Positions 33,684-43,247 of a DNA stretch of 64,000 nt are shown piece after piece. Where the stretch lies: the NCBI GenBank assembly GCA_043777495.1, contig JAYWHU010000031.1:368-64367 (forward strand), read 5' to 3'. The translations under genes and the position numbers were made by a program. Below the pieces are notes generated by a model. The model saw only the letters and a program-made list of their open reading frames with translations. It had not been told where the DNA came from and searched no databases. Origin of the DNA: Cyclobacteriaceae bacterium. Its GTDB lineage: Bacteria; Bacteroidota; Bacteroidia; Cytophagales; Cyclobacteriaceae. Numbering within the stretch: the first letter of the stretch is position 1; each line of letters begins with the position of its first letter.

Positions 33684-36101
33684 TCATTCCGCAGACCCTG
33701 CCCTATCATGTATCTTAATCTTACTCAAATCAATCGCCTCATCTTCTGCCTCGCCATAAAAACCAGGATCAAAATCATCAATCAGTAATTTTTCCCCTTT
33801 TGATTTTCGGGGCTTATCAAACGTCATAATAAGTGCGGGCAACAAAATCAAATTGGTGAACATAGAGATCACTAATGTGGTGGAAGTTAAAACTCCCAAG
33901 GCAATCGTGCCGCCAAACGAAGAGAAGGCAAACAAAATAAATCCTGCAAACAACACGATGGAAGTATAGATGATGCTCTTGCCCGTCTCTAAAATACTTT
34001 CGCTCACCGAAACAGGAACAAAAAAACCATTCGCCAATTGCTCTTGTCTGTACTTGGCCAAAAAACGGATGGAGTTATCAACGGAGATTCCGAACGTAAT
34101 ACTAAAGATCAAAGCCGTACTAGGCTTCAATTCAATACCCAAGTAGCCCATTATGCCCGCGGTGATCATCAGCGCAATCACATTCGGTACTAAAGAAATA
34201 ATGATCATGCGCACATTGGAGAAGAGCATGGCCATCGATAAAGTGATCAGGATAAACGCCAACAACAAACTCTCTTTCAAATTATCGATCAAAAATTTAT
34301 TGCCTTTGATGAAAAGTTTAGTTGTGCCCGTTACACTCGTCTTAATCTCCGTGCCTTCAAAGATTTGATTCATACGTGGCTCTATTACTTCATGCACCAA
34401 AGAATCCAATCGCTTAGAACCAATGTCGGCTATCTGCATGGAGATGCGCATTTTGGTAAACGTAGAATCAACGAAAGATTTTAACAGACCGGTGTTGTCC
34501 GTTTGGCCTTTCATATAGCGAAGTATGTAAACACTCTCTGCCTTGCTGGGCAGCGCATATTTGTTTGGATTATAATTATAAAAAGCCTGCTTTGATGCCT
34601 TTACCAAACTCACCACCGATACAGGCCGCGACACTACAGAAATAGAATCAATGAAGCCTTCAAACTCATCTATCTTTTCTAAATTTTTGATGTTGAGTAC
34701 GCCTCTCCGTTTGCCCGTGTTCACTTCTATTTCCAAAGGAAGAATGCCACTAAAATTACTTTCAAAAAACCGAAGATCTTTTTTTATCTGGCTGCCTTCT
34801 GGCACATCGTCCATCATAAACGAGATCGACTCCAAGCGCATCATGCCCAACCCAGCAAATACAGTAATGGCCAACGATGCTACATAAATAGCAGGGCGAT
34901 AGCGATGCACAACGATGTCAACGTAGGATAAAAACGAACCAAGTATTTTAAAGTTAAGATGGCGCAAGTGTTTTGGTGTTGGCTCGGGCAACCAAGAGAA
35001 AATGCCTGGTATCATAATCAAGCTCACCACAAACAACGCCATGATGTTGATGCCCGCTACAATGCCAAACTCTCGCAATACCAAAATATCAGTCGTGAGA
35101 AGCGTAAGGAAACCAATTGCTACTGTTAAGTTGGTAAGGAACATGGCCAAACCCATCTTGTTCACCACCGCTGCAATCGCTTCTTCTTTGTTTCTGCGTT
35201 TCGCGAATTCCAAATGATATTTATTCAAGAGATAGATCGCATTCGTAATCCCAATCGTAACAATCACGGGTGGAATCAATCCACTCAACAACGTGATTTT
35301 ATATCCAAACAAAGCGAGTGTGCCCATCACCCACACTACCACTATGCCAATGATGATCATTGAGAAAAGAACAGCACGAAACGATCGAAAAAAGAAAAAC
35401 ATAATGATGCCAGTCACCAGCGCAGAGAGGTACAAGAAAATTTGCATTTCCTTTCTCACCTCGGTAGCCATCATGGCGCGAATGAACGGAAGGCCTGCAT
35501 AACGTAATTCAATACCAGTATCTTTTGTAAACGCACCGCCCAACTCCACCAATCCTTTGGTCATCGCAATGCGTTTTTCAGAATTCATTACCTCCTTGGT
35601 GATTGAGATCAGCATCATGGTAGCACCATTTTTCTCGTTCACAATCTGCCCCATATAGAATTTTTGATTGCGGATCGCGCCCATCAAACTGTCAAGCTGT
35701 GCTTGGTCTCTGATTTGTTTCGGGTAGTGTCCGTCTAAATAAAATCGCGTATTGGCAGTATCCTTCCGAATGATTTTTACTTCAGGCAGGCTCAGCAAAT
35801 TATTTACCCCAGGAATTTCCCTGATCGCTTTGTTCAGTTCGCGAAAGCGATTAAAATTCTTTAGCGAATAGATGGCACTATCGCGCAAGCCAACGGCAAT
35901 GATGTTGCCATCTTCGCCAAACTGTGCTTTAAACTTTTGCAAGAACACCATCTCAGGGTCGTCCAGCGGCACCGTGCGAGCCAGGTCGTAGCTCATCTGC
36001 ACGTTGGTGGCATGGTAGCCCATGAAAACAGTGATGAGCAGGATAACCCCAATGAGAGTCAACCTAAACTTAATAATGAATTGAGCGATGCGTGTCCACA
36101 T
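33684..36101 (-). CDS. MMPL/RND-family transporter
   Basis: Two TM-rich halves with IGITNAIYL and FGISVDNSIRFL motifs. Confidence 0.9.
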   Translation of the reverse strand: MWTRIAQFIIKFRLTLIGVILLITVFMGYHATNVQMSYDLARTVPLDDPEMVFLQKFKAQFGEDGNIIAVGLRDSAIYSLKNFNRFRELNKAIREIPGVNNLLSLPEVKIIRKDTANTRFYLDGHYPKQIRDQAQLDSLMGAIRNQKFYMGQIVNEKNGATMMLISITKEVMNSEKRIAMTKGLVELGGAFTKDTGIELRYAGLPFIRAMMATEVRKEMQIFLYLSALVTGIIMFFFFRSFRAVLFSMIIIGIVVVWVMGTLALFGYKITLLSGLIPPVIVTIGITNAIYLLNKYHLEFAKRRNKEEAIAAVVNKMGLAMFLTNLTVAIGFLTLLTTDILVLREFGIVAGINIMALFVVSLIMIPGIFSWLPEPTPKHLRHLNFKILGSFLSYVDIVVHRYRPAIYVASLAITVFAGLGMMRLESISFMMDDVPEGSQIKKDLRFFESNFSGILPLEIEVNTGKRRGVLNIKNLEKIDEFEGFIDSISVVSRPVSVVSLVKASKQAFYNYNPNKYALPSKAESVYILRYMKGQTDNTGLLKSFVDSTFTKMRISMQIADIGSKRLDSLVHEVIEPRMNQIFEGTEIKTSVTGTTKLFIKGNKFLIDNLKESLLLAFILITLSMAMLFSNVRMIIISLVPNVIALMITAGIMGYLGIELKPSTALIFSITFGISVDNSIRFLAKYRQEQLANGFFVPVSVSESILETGKSIIYTSIVLFAGFILFAFSSFGGTIALGVLTSTTLVISMFTNLILLPALIMTFDKPRKSKGEKLLIDDFDPGFYGEAEDEAIDLSKIKIHDRAGSAE

Positions 36102-36193
36102 ATACGGCCAAATCTAATGAATTTTACCGTTACTGAAACTTAGATTTTTATAGGGGCGGCTTGGCCAAGCGAAACGTAAGTCCATCGTACTTC

Positions 36194-36223
36194 CCTGCTT
36201 ACCGAAGCGGCAGCGCAGACAGG
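36194..36223. repeat. REP-like hairpin at the left edge of the restriction island
   Basis: cctgcttaccgaagcggcagcgcagacagg, imperfect stem (cctg/cagg ends). Confidence 0.4.
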
Positions 36224-36301
36224 TGTTATTAGTTCCCTTTGTTGCCACGCGAACTCACAGGGATACACAAGCAAAGCCAAGAGCCAAATTCCATCGCAGG
36301 A

Positions 36302-36988
36302 CTACTTTAATAGGAGTGAATATGTTTGACTTGGCGGAAAAAGTAAACTCAAAGCGGTCGGCTTCAATTTGAAATTACAACCTTTATCAATCACAGAACC
36401 ATTCGCCAATCTTTTAATAGGATAATCAAGAGTAATCGCTCCCATATCTATTAACAGTCCAAACTGATTTACCAATGGGCCTTTTGTGTGCTCTGCCGAC
36501 TTAAACAAAAAATACTCCTTATCGTCTTCTTTCTTGGATTGTGCTTTTATCCAAAATGTTTCTTTGTGCTTCGTTGCCAAAGTATTTCTAAGAACACCCA
36601 ATTCCCAAGTTAAAAAATCACCAATTTCATTTTCGTCTGAGTTCTCAAACAAATAATCTTGTTCGTAATCAGTTCTTAAAATTAATCCTTGTGCATTTCT
36701 TCCAGTTGCTCTTATTGTGTTATACAAACGGAATATACCTTTTTCCCAATATCCAAACGCATCAAGAATTTCATTTCGGTTTTTAAACTTACTTAATTCC
36801 CATTTTGGTATTTTTGCAAAGAGACCTTTCCTTGTACCTTTATTTTCTCTCGCAGATTTTAATTCAATTCCTTTGTAATCTGGAGTTCTTGAAGAGTTCA
36901 TTTTAATGCCCAACAAATTTTCCAATGTCCTACCAATTGAAGTGTCGGCTTGTAACAAAGCTGGGACAAAACCTTTTGCTGCAATTTC
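36302..36988 (-). pseudogene. 5'-truncated MvaI/BcnI-like restriction endonuclease
   Basis: EIAAKGFVPALLQADTSIGRTLENLLGI..N....PDYKGIELKS. The frame runs into the repeat at about 36990 with no ATG and meets TGA at 37046-37048. Confidence 0.7.
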
Positions 36989-36990
36989 AT

Positions 36991-37080
36991 TTTTGGGCGT
37001 TCCCCTAAGGGTCGGGCTTTTCGCTGCAATCTTTTTGTTCGTTCCTCACAAAAAGGATTTCCGCTTCAATCCCTAACGCA
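36991..37080. repeat. structured repeat element, family A divergent copy 3
   Basis: gggcgttcccctaagggtcgggcttttcgctgcaatctttttg...caaaaaggatttccgcttcaatccctaacgca has the same layout as copies 1 and 2. Confidence 0.7.
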
Positions 37081-37136
37081 CATACAGTTTACATATCATA
37101 AAATAATATTTATAAAGATTATAGATGTTTGATTCT

Positions 37137-37481
37137 TTAATCAACTCTCACTTCAAATTCGTATTCATATGGCTTATCTAACAAAAAATATCCCAATCTA
37201 TTTACAAGATGAAAACCACTTGCATAATACATATTGGGAATAGGTTCTGTAATTTCAATACCTGAATCACTAATAAATTTTCTTTCCAGTTCTTCATCAC
37301 CTTCAATAATACTTACAACACGATTCTCTTTACTCCTTTTAAAAACATAGTCAAGTTCCTTACCATATGTTTCAAACATACAGCCATCAAATCCTGCATT
37401 GCTGTCAAAGTGATTCTTTATAAGATTGAATTTTTTATAAAACTCATCCTCTGTTATATTTTCAATTTGTGTAATTTCCAT
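37137..37481 (-). CDS. hypothetical protein translationally coupled to Mrr
   Basis: 114 aa, acidic; TAATG overlap with the Mrr stop at 37481. Confidence 0.65.
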   Translation of the reverse strand: MEITQIENITEDEFYKKFNLIKNHFDSNAGFDGCMFETYGKELDYVFKRSKENRVVSIIEGDEELERKFISDSGIEITEPIPNMYYASGFHLVNRLGYFLLDKPYEYEFEVRVD

Positions 37482-38299
37482 TAAATTGCTTTTTCAAAAT
37501 TCTTAAACCAATCTTCATCAACCTTTACTATTTCTTTAAATTCTACTTTTAACCCGAGGCTTAATTCTTTTAATTTTTCAGCTAATTTATCACCATCCAT
37601 TAAATCAATTGTTGGTGCACCATCTCTGTTTGCTTCTGCAAGTGCATCTCTTGTAAAAGATGCTGTTGTAATAAATAATCCTTTGTCAGTTCTGCCAACC
37701 ATGGCACCTCTGAAATCTCTAATGTCTTTTGAGCCAACTTTAGAAGTTCCTTTATACCTTTTACATTGAAAAATAATATGAAAACTCAAAATGCCATTAA
37801 TCCTTGCAATGCCTCTTCCATCAATTCCGCCATCACCTGTCCTGCCTGTAACTTCAACTTGTGTAAATCCTTTTTCTCTTAAAAGTCTTTGAATCAATCT
37901 TTCAAAAGCAGCAGGTGATAAATTTTCTGTAATGACATCTATAAGCCTTTCCTTCCAGTTTTCTTCTTGATTTACTTCTTCATTAATTTCAGATTCAAGC
38001 TTTTTATCCCATTTAACTTTAACCAAAGAAAAATCACCACTTGAACTTATTGCCCAAACACCCCTTTGCGAATTTTCAAGAAGCCCTTGACTTTTCAGCA
38101 TAGTTCTAACCCAAGCCATCTGATACTCAAATTCAGTTTGATTTGTGCTTTTGTGCATTACTGCCAATAAATCTTCTGAAATTTTTAATATCTCAATAAC
38201 CTTGTCGTTAATTTCTTCATTGGTGCCAGAACCGCCAAGTTCTTGAATGGCTTGCAAAACGGGTCTAAAAAAGTATTCTCTTTTTGGAAATTCAGTCAT
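37481..38299 (-). CDS. mrr: Mrr-family (type IV, methylation-dependent) restriction endonuclease
   Basis: Mrr_N wHTH (FEYQMAWVRTMLK..GLLE...RGVW) and Mrr_cat (FERL...L...GF, GDGGIDG, QCKRY). Confidence 0.88.
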   Translation of the reverse strand: MTEFPKREYFFRPVLQAIQELGGSGTNEEINDKVIEILKISEDLLAVMHKSTNQTEFEYQMAWVRTMLKSQGLLENSQRGVWAISSSGDFSLVKVKWDKKLESEINEEVNQEENWKERLIDVITENLSPAAFERLIQRLLREKGFTQVEVTGRTGDGGIDGRGIARINGILSFHIIFQCKRYKGTSKVGSKDIRDFRGAMVGRTDKGLFITTASFTRDALAEANRDGAPTIDLMDGDKLAEKLKELSLGLKVEFKEIVKVDEDWFKNFEKAI

Positions 38300-38352
38300 T
38301 TTATCAAAGTTTGTAGTATTGATTTTTCAAAGATAATATTATTAGTGCTTTT

Positions 38353-38985
38353 CTATCTAATATGCCTTAGAACAGTTAATGCTACTTGTTTGGCAAGAAG
38401 TGGTGGCGTAGCTTCTTTCACCATTTCAAATTGACTATAATCAAACTTCGATTTTGGCGTTTCCTTAAATTGCCGTTTGCCTTGAAAGACAAACGAATTA
38501 TCAAATGACTGCAACCTTGCCATTTCTCTAACAGTTAGTGCTCTTGGATTTGAATAATGTATATAGTCATCCGCAATGGTCATAATAGTAGAACTTTGAG
38601 AATTTGGTTTTAAAACGTTGTAATTTCTCTTTTCAGAATCCAATCCATTTTTTTTTAATTCCTTTTTAGCTAAATCGTAATCACCTGTATTTAGAATGAC
38701 ATCAAGTCTTTTTACAACGTCATCATTTTGTTTGCTAGTTTTATGATTGTGTAATGGTACAACAATATGCGATAATGTGTTTTCCAATTCTTCAAAATTT
38801 CTAACATAAAAAGGATTTTTAGCGTTTATAAACCGTCCGTTTAATCTTCCCTTTTTTGACCATTCTGCATAAGTTAGCCCTTTCTTTTCTTCAGGCTTTC
38901 CATCTATAGCTCGTTTCTTTAAAAGCGATTCCATTTTTTGAGTTAAGCCGTTATACTTCCCTTTGTTGGTGTTCTTCACCAACAA
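38353..38985 (-). CDS. stand-alone C-terminal half of a C5 DNA methyltransferase (TRD + motif IX, altered motif X)
   Basis: STIMT..DDYIHY..PRALTVREMARLQSFDNSFVFQG, then EMVKEATPPLLA where GNAVPP is usual. No FxGxG, PC or ENV motif. Start may be ATG 38934. Confidence 0.7.
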   Translation of the reverse strand: MLVKNTNKGKYNGLTQKMESLLKKRAIDGKPEEKKGLTYAEWSKKGRLNGRFINAKNPFYVRNFEELENTLSHIVVPLHNHKTSKQNDDVVKRLDVILNTGDYDLAKKELKKNGLDSEKRNYNVLKPNSQSSTIMTIADDYIHYSNPRALTVREMARLQSFDNSFVFQGKRQFKETPKSKFDYSQFEMVKEATPPLLAKQVALTVLRHIR

Positions 38986-39154
38986 ACACGATGAGCGAGG
39001 TTAATGGATAAAAGAAAATAGTAAGTACGGAATGAGAAATGATAGAGCGGGGATGGAAAAACATTTGGTGTGCATGTTGGTGAAGAAATCATGGGCGAGT
39101 TAAACATGGAGATCATGTTAGACCCCTACAATTAATGCCTTAATTCTAAATTCT

Positions 39155-39162
39155 TAACTTTG
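39155..39162 (+). promoter_or_regulatory. -7 promoter box before the zeta-like pair
   Basis: TAACTTTG, 4 nt before ATG 39167. Confidence 0.55.
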
Positions 39163-39166
39163 CGTC

Positions 39167-39463
39167 ATGAGTAACAACGATGAAAATATTTTTCAATCAC
39201 TAATTGCAGGCGGACTTATTGGTGCTGCTTTAGGTGCAATCCTAACCAAGGACAAGGAAGAGGGTGCAACCATTGGAGCACTTGCTGGTGCAGTGATTTT
39301 AGCCACGTACAAAGCAAACGAGCAAGCACAGAAAACCAACCTTCCAGTTTATGTTGAGGAAGATGGAAAACTCTATGAGATAAAGCTTGGTAACGAAAAA
39401 AGATTTATAAAAAACATTCCCAAACCCAACTTCACGCCCCCTCGAAATTTCAAATTGAAATAA
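39167..39463 (+). CDS. glycine-zipper small protein, putative partner of the zeta-like ATPase
   Basis: GGLIGAALGA...GATIGALAGA; 1 bp gap to the next gene. Confidence 0.65.
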   Translation: MSNNDENIFQSLIAGGLIGAALGAILTKDKEEGATIGALAGAVILATYKANEQAQKTNLPVYVEEDGKLYEIKLGNEKRFIKNIPKPNFTPPRNFKLK

Positions 39464-39464
39464 T

Positions 39465-40190
39465 ATGCCTGCAAAAAGGATGAGAGTATTTGCTGGCCCA
39501 AACGGTTCTGGCAAAACAACAATTATTAAGGGTTTGCAACCCGAAATACCTTTTGGCATTTACATTAACGCAGACGACATTGAACAATCTCTCTATAAAA
39601 CAGGTGGTTTAATTTTTGATCCCTATCAATTAACTGTTGACGAAAATAAATTTCGAGATTTTTTTCGGTTGAGCAGTTTCTCACCCATCAAGAGAAACGA
39701 AAATGATTTGTGGCAAAAAATTTCAGTTCAGGGAAACACATTGAGAATTTCAACTGCCGCTGACTCCTATCTCGCTGCTGATATTGCAGAATTTCTTAGG
39801 CAGCAAATGTTAGAGAACAATCTTTCATTCACCTACGAAACTGTAATGAGCCACAAAAGCAAAATGGACTTCATGCAAAAGGCAATTGAGAGTGGCTACA
39901 GAGTTTATTTATATTTCATTGCAACCGAAGACCCAGAAATAAATTTAAATCGTGTCAATGTAAGAGTTGCTCAAAATGGTCATTCTGTTGCACCAGAAAT
40001 TATTAAAAGTAGATATTTCAGAAGTTTGGAGAACTTGAAAACAGCAGTTAAAAAAACTAACCGAGCATACATTTTTGACAATTCGGGAAGTGCAGCGCTT
40101 TTGATTGCTGAAATCACAAACGGAGTAGATGTAAGTGTCTTCGACACTGCAAAAATTCCAAGTTGGGTAGCAAAATATTTACTTCAATAG
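39465..40190 (+). CDS. zeta-toxin-like P-loop NTPase
   Basis: FAGPNGSGKTT, YINADDI, SFTYETVMSH, RV..RV..NGH.V, FDNS. Confidence 0.82.
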   Translation: MPAKRMRVFAGPNGSGKTTIIKGLQPEIPFGIYINADDIEQSLYKTGGLIFDPYQLTVDENKFRDFFRLSSFSPIKRNENDLWQKISVQGNTLRISTAADSYLAADIAEFLRQQMLENNLSFTYETVMSHKSKMDFMQKAIESGYRVYLYFIATEDPEINLNRVNVRVAQNGHSVAPEIIKSRYFRSLENLKTAVKKTNRAYIFDNSGSAALLIAEITNGVDVSVFDTAKIPSWVAKYLLQ

Positions 40191-40233
40191 ATGACATTTA
40201 CCCTCAGAAAATATTAAGTGGCCGTAGGAATTT

Positions 40234-41508
40234 TCAGCGAGTTGTTGCTTGGCGAGTTATTTCTTCCTTCCGCTGCTGAAACGCAAACCAAACCGTAACG
40301 GCAGTAGAGACAACAAAATAGACTATCAACACTTTATTAATAATAGGAGAAATACTACTCGCCCCAAACCAATCGCCTTGTTGAAAAATAATATAGATGC
40401 CAAGGCCATTCTTGAGAGCCTCCCAAAAAATGGAATAGAAATTCCTGTCCATCAAATCGGTGAAGGCGTATACCATCAAGAATATAAAACCGCCATAGAT
40501 GAATATGTTTGGGCTGCCGATCTTGGCAATGTTGCCAAACAAGTAGCTGACTAAAAGCAACAGCATGATCAATTGAAACCATGTCCACGCAATAAGCTGC
40601 GTAGAGTTACGGGGATTGTATTTCTGATAACCGTAAACATCATCAATTTTATAGACAGGATACTTGACAGACACATCGGCAGGCCGCCAGCCCAATGGCA
40701 TAAACCATATCCGTAGTTTGTCAGTAAAACTTTGGGCGTGCCATGCGTCTTTAATGAGCAGCCACAAATGCATGAAATTTATCTTAATAGGATTCCACGT
40801 TTGCACCGGGCGCGTGATGCCATACACGGGTGGCACATCTTTTCTTTCCTCCTGAAATGTGCCGAATAGCTTATCCCAAAAAATAAAAATCTGTCCGTAA
40901 TTTTTATCTAAGTAAATAGGGTTGATGGCATGGTGCACGCGATGGTGAGAGGGCGTAACAATTATCTTTTCTAAAAAACCCATTTTATCAATGTGCTGTG
41001 TATGATACCAAAACTGCGCAAACAGATGAAGCGGAGCAACGATGGCAATTACCGATTGAGGCACACCAAAAAAAGCAGCGGGCAATAAAAAAATGGCGAA
41101 GATTTTTACAATCGATGAAATGCTTTGTCGAAGTGCACAAGCTAAATTAAATTCTTCGCTGCTGTGGTGGATGATATGGTTGTTCCAAAACAAATTGTAT
41201 TCATGCGCAATGCGGTGTACCCAATAGCCCGCGAAATCAAGCGCGATAAAAGCAACAAAGTAAGTGAGCCAGCCCGAAGAGACATGAACGATAGCCACTT
41301 TGTTCACGAGCCACTGGTAAGAAATAATGGCAATGCTAAGGCCTAATACATCTTTCGTGGCATTGGTCACTCCAGAGCTAAGGCTGGAGATCATATCATC
41401 GTTCCTTACTGTATCATTCCCTTTCCGCCAGCCCCACCATTTTTCAAATAGAACGAGGAGAAAGAAAGCAGGAGTAGCAATAAGCAGAATTTTGCCGTAG
41501 GTTTCCAT
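40234..41508 (-). CDS. sterol desaturase family, alkylglycerol monooxygenase-like
   Basis: YWVHRIAH, HIIHHSSEEFNLACALRQ, HHRVHHAINP.YLDKNY, long TM C-terminus. Confidence 0.85.
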   Translation of the reverse strand: METYGKILLIATPAFFLLVLFEKWWGWRKGNDTVRNDDMISSLSSGVTNATKDVLGLSIAIISYQWLVNKVAIVHVSSGWLTYFVAFIALDFAGYWVHRIAHEYNLFWNNHIIHHSSEEFNLACALRQSISSIVKIFAIFLLPAAFFGVPQSVIAIVAPLHLFAQFWYHTQHIDKMGFLEKIIVTPSHHRVHHAINPIYLDKNYGQIFIFWDKLFGTFQEERKDVPPVYGITRPVQTWNPIKINFMHLWLLIKDAWHAQSFTDKLRIWFMPLGWRPADVSVKYPVYKIDDVYGYQKYNPRNSTQLIAWTWFQLIMLLLLVSYLFGNIAKIGSPNIFIYGGFIFLMVYAFTDLMDRNFYSIFWEALKNGLGIYIIFQQGDWFGASSISPIINKVLIVYFVVSTAVTVWFAFQQRKEEITRQATTR

Positions 41509-41532
41509 TCGTGTATCGAAATTACAAAAATA

Positions 41533-42858
41533 CTATTGGACTGAAAAACCTTTGATCTTCCTGAACAAACTCAACGCATGTCTATCTGTAAGCCCCGAAA
41601 CAAAATCAATAATCTCGCGAAGGATCAAATACGTATCGCCATTGCTTTGTTTGCAATTGGATAAAATCTCTTCGGGTAGCAGCAGTGCAAGGTTCGCATA
41701 CTTTCTTGATTGGCCTCCTTTCACATAATGAAAGCCTGCTTCAATGAATTCGTGCAGCAATCCAGGTAGTACTTCATGTCCAGCCGCTTCAATCTCTACT
41801 ACTTGCTTAGCGCGATAGATTTTTTTGATGGAAACTTCCGTAATAACTTTCAACGCTTGCTGTGATGGAATAATATCCGTCAATGCTTGATCAAATTTTC
41901 CTTCCAAGATGGAAGTTTCAAAATCTAAAAACGCAGTGGTACATTCATCCAATAATTTGTTGATGGCCATGGCGCGCAGCACACCTAGCTTACCATTTAA
42001 ACTATGAAGTCGATCTAACTTTTGTCTATCAAATTGCGTTTGTAAAATAGAGGCCATCATGTCTACCGTCTCTTCAAAACTCACCAGCCCCAATCGACAG
42101 CCATCTTCCAAATCGATGATGCTGTAACAAATATCATCAGCCGCCTCCACCAAAAAAGCCAGCGGATGCCGCGCCCACGCACTCTCTTCTGTTTTAATAA
42201 GTCCCAGTTGATTGGCTACCTCGCCAAATACTTTTTCTTCTGTTTGAAAAAATCCAAACTTCTTTTGGCTTTTTTTCATTTTGTCCCTCGCGGGGAAAAG
42301 TGCAGGGCAAGGGTATTTGGTAAACGTACCTAACGTGGCGAACGTAAGCTTCAAACCGTATTCGCTTTTGTTCAATAGGCGAAAGCCTTGGGCGTTGCCT
42401 TCAAATTTGATGAGATCGTTCCAAGCCTCCTCACTCACTTCTTTTTGAAAAGATTGGCCGTTGGGATGATGCAAGAAAAAATCTGAGATCGCTTCTTCAC
42501 CTGCATGACCAAACGGAGGATTGCCTAAGTCATGCGCAAGTGAAGCCGCAGCCACTATCGCCCCGAAATCAAACAATGAAAAATTTTCTTTCAGATCAGG
42601 ATGGCGTTGCAAAACATGCTCGCCTATTTTTTTTCCTAGTGAGCGACCTACACTGGAAACTTCCAAGCTGTGCGTAAGGCGTGTATGCACAAAGTCTTGC
42701 TCAGGTATTGGATGAACTTGTGTTTTGTCTTGCAGCCTGCGGAACGGATGAGAGAAAATAATACGGTCGTAGTCTTGCTCGAAGGCGCTGCGTGATGATT
42801 CTGCCAAATCAGGCTTGGCATTCCATCGCTGGGAAGAAAGGAGTTGAGACCAGATCAT
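41533..42858 (-). CDS. dgt: dGTP triphosphohydrolase (HD superfamily)
   Basis: DYDRIIFS..FRRLQDKTQV, HTRLTHSLEV, AHDLGNPPFGHAGE, FEGNAQGFR, EAADDICY. Confidence 0.92.
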   Translation of the reverse strand: MIWSQLLSSQRWNAKPDLAESSRSAFEQDYDRIIFSHPFRRLQDKTQVHPIPEQDFVHTRLTHSLEVSSVGRSLGKKIGEHVLQRHPDLKENFSLFDFGAIVAAASLAHDLGNPPFGHAGEEAISDFFLHHPNGQSFQKEVSEEAWNDLIKFEGNAQGFRLLNKSEYGLKLTFATLGTFTKYPCPALFPARDKMKKSQKKFGFFQTEEKVFGEVANQLGLIKTEESAWARHPLAFLVEAADDICYSIIDLEDGCRLGLVSFEETVDMMASILQTQFDRQKLDRLHSLNGKLGVLRAMAINKLLDECTTAFLDFETSILEGKFDQALTDIIPSQQALKVITEVSIKKIYRAKQVVEIEAAGHEVLPGLLHEFIEAGFHYVKGGQSRKYANLALLLPEEILSNCKQSNGDTYLILREIIDFVSGLTDRHALSLFRKIKGFSVQ

Positions 42859-43034
42859 GATGGGCATTAGGGCTTAGGCATTGGGCTTGATAGATAATAT
42901 TGCGTGGTGCATGCACCTCTAAATTCGGTTAGAGCATTTTTACTATAAATATTATTTATCGTATGGCGTGCCAAAAAAAGATTTACTTCGATTGGATCCA
43001 TCTGTGGCACGCTTCCATACTCTACCTCTATTTT

Positions 43035-43247
43035 CCACGGGTTAAAACCCGTGGCTATTCACATTGAACCCCGCTGGGGTTCGTTACAGAAGTAAACTTA
43101 GAATACAAATACTAAAATCACATCAAATTCTATAACTCAATTGTTTTTGGTTTAATCAAAAGCCATTCAAAATATGTGTCATATCTTCAATCTTAGCACG
43201 AACCCCAGAGGGGTTCACTGTTAGTAGCCCCGGGTTTTAACCCGGGG
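43035..43247. repeat. inverted REP doublet (REPIN-like)
   Basis: 43035-43084 and 43198-43247 are inverted 50-mers (44/50), each containing two hairpins. Confidence 0.88.

Noticed and set aside
41533-42858. Anti-phage dGTPase
   Set aside because: It looks like the ordinary chromosomal Dgt in a core context, separated from the island. A defence role cannot be supported from sequence alone.
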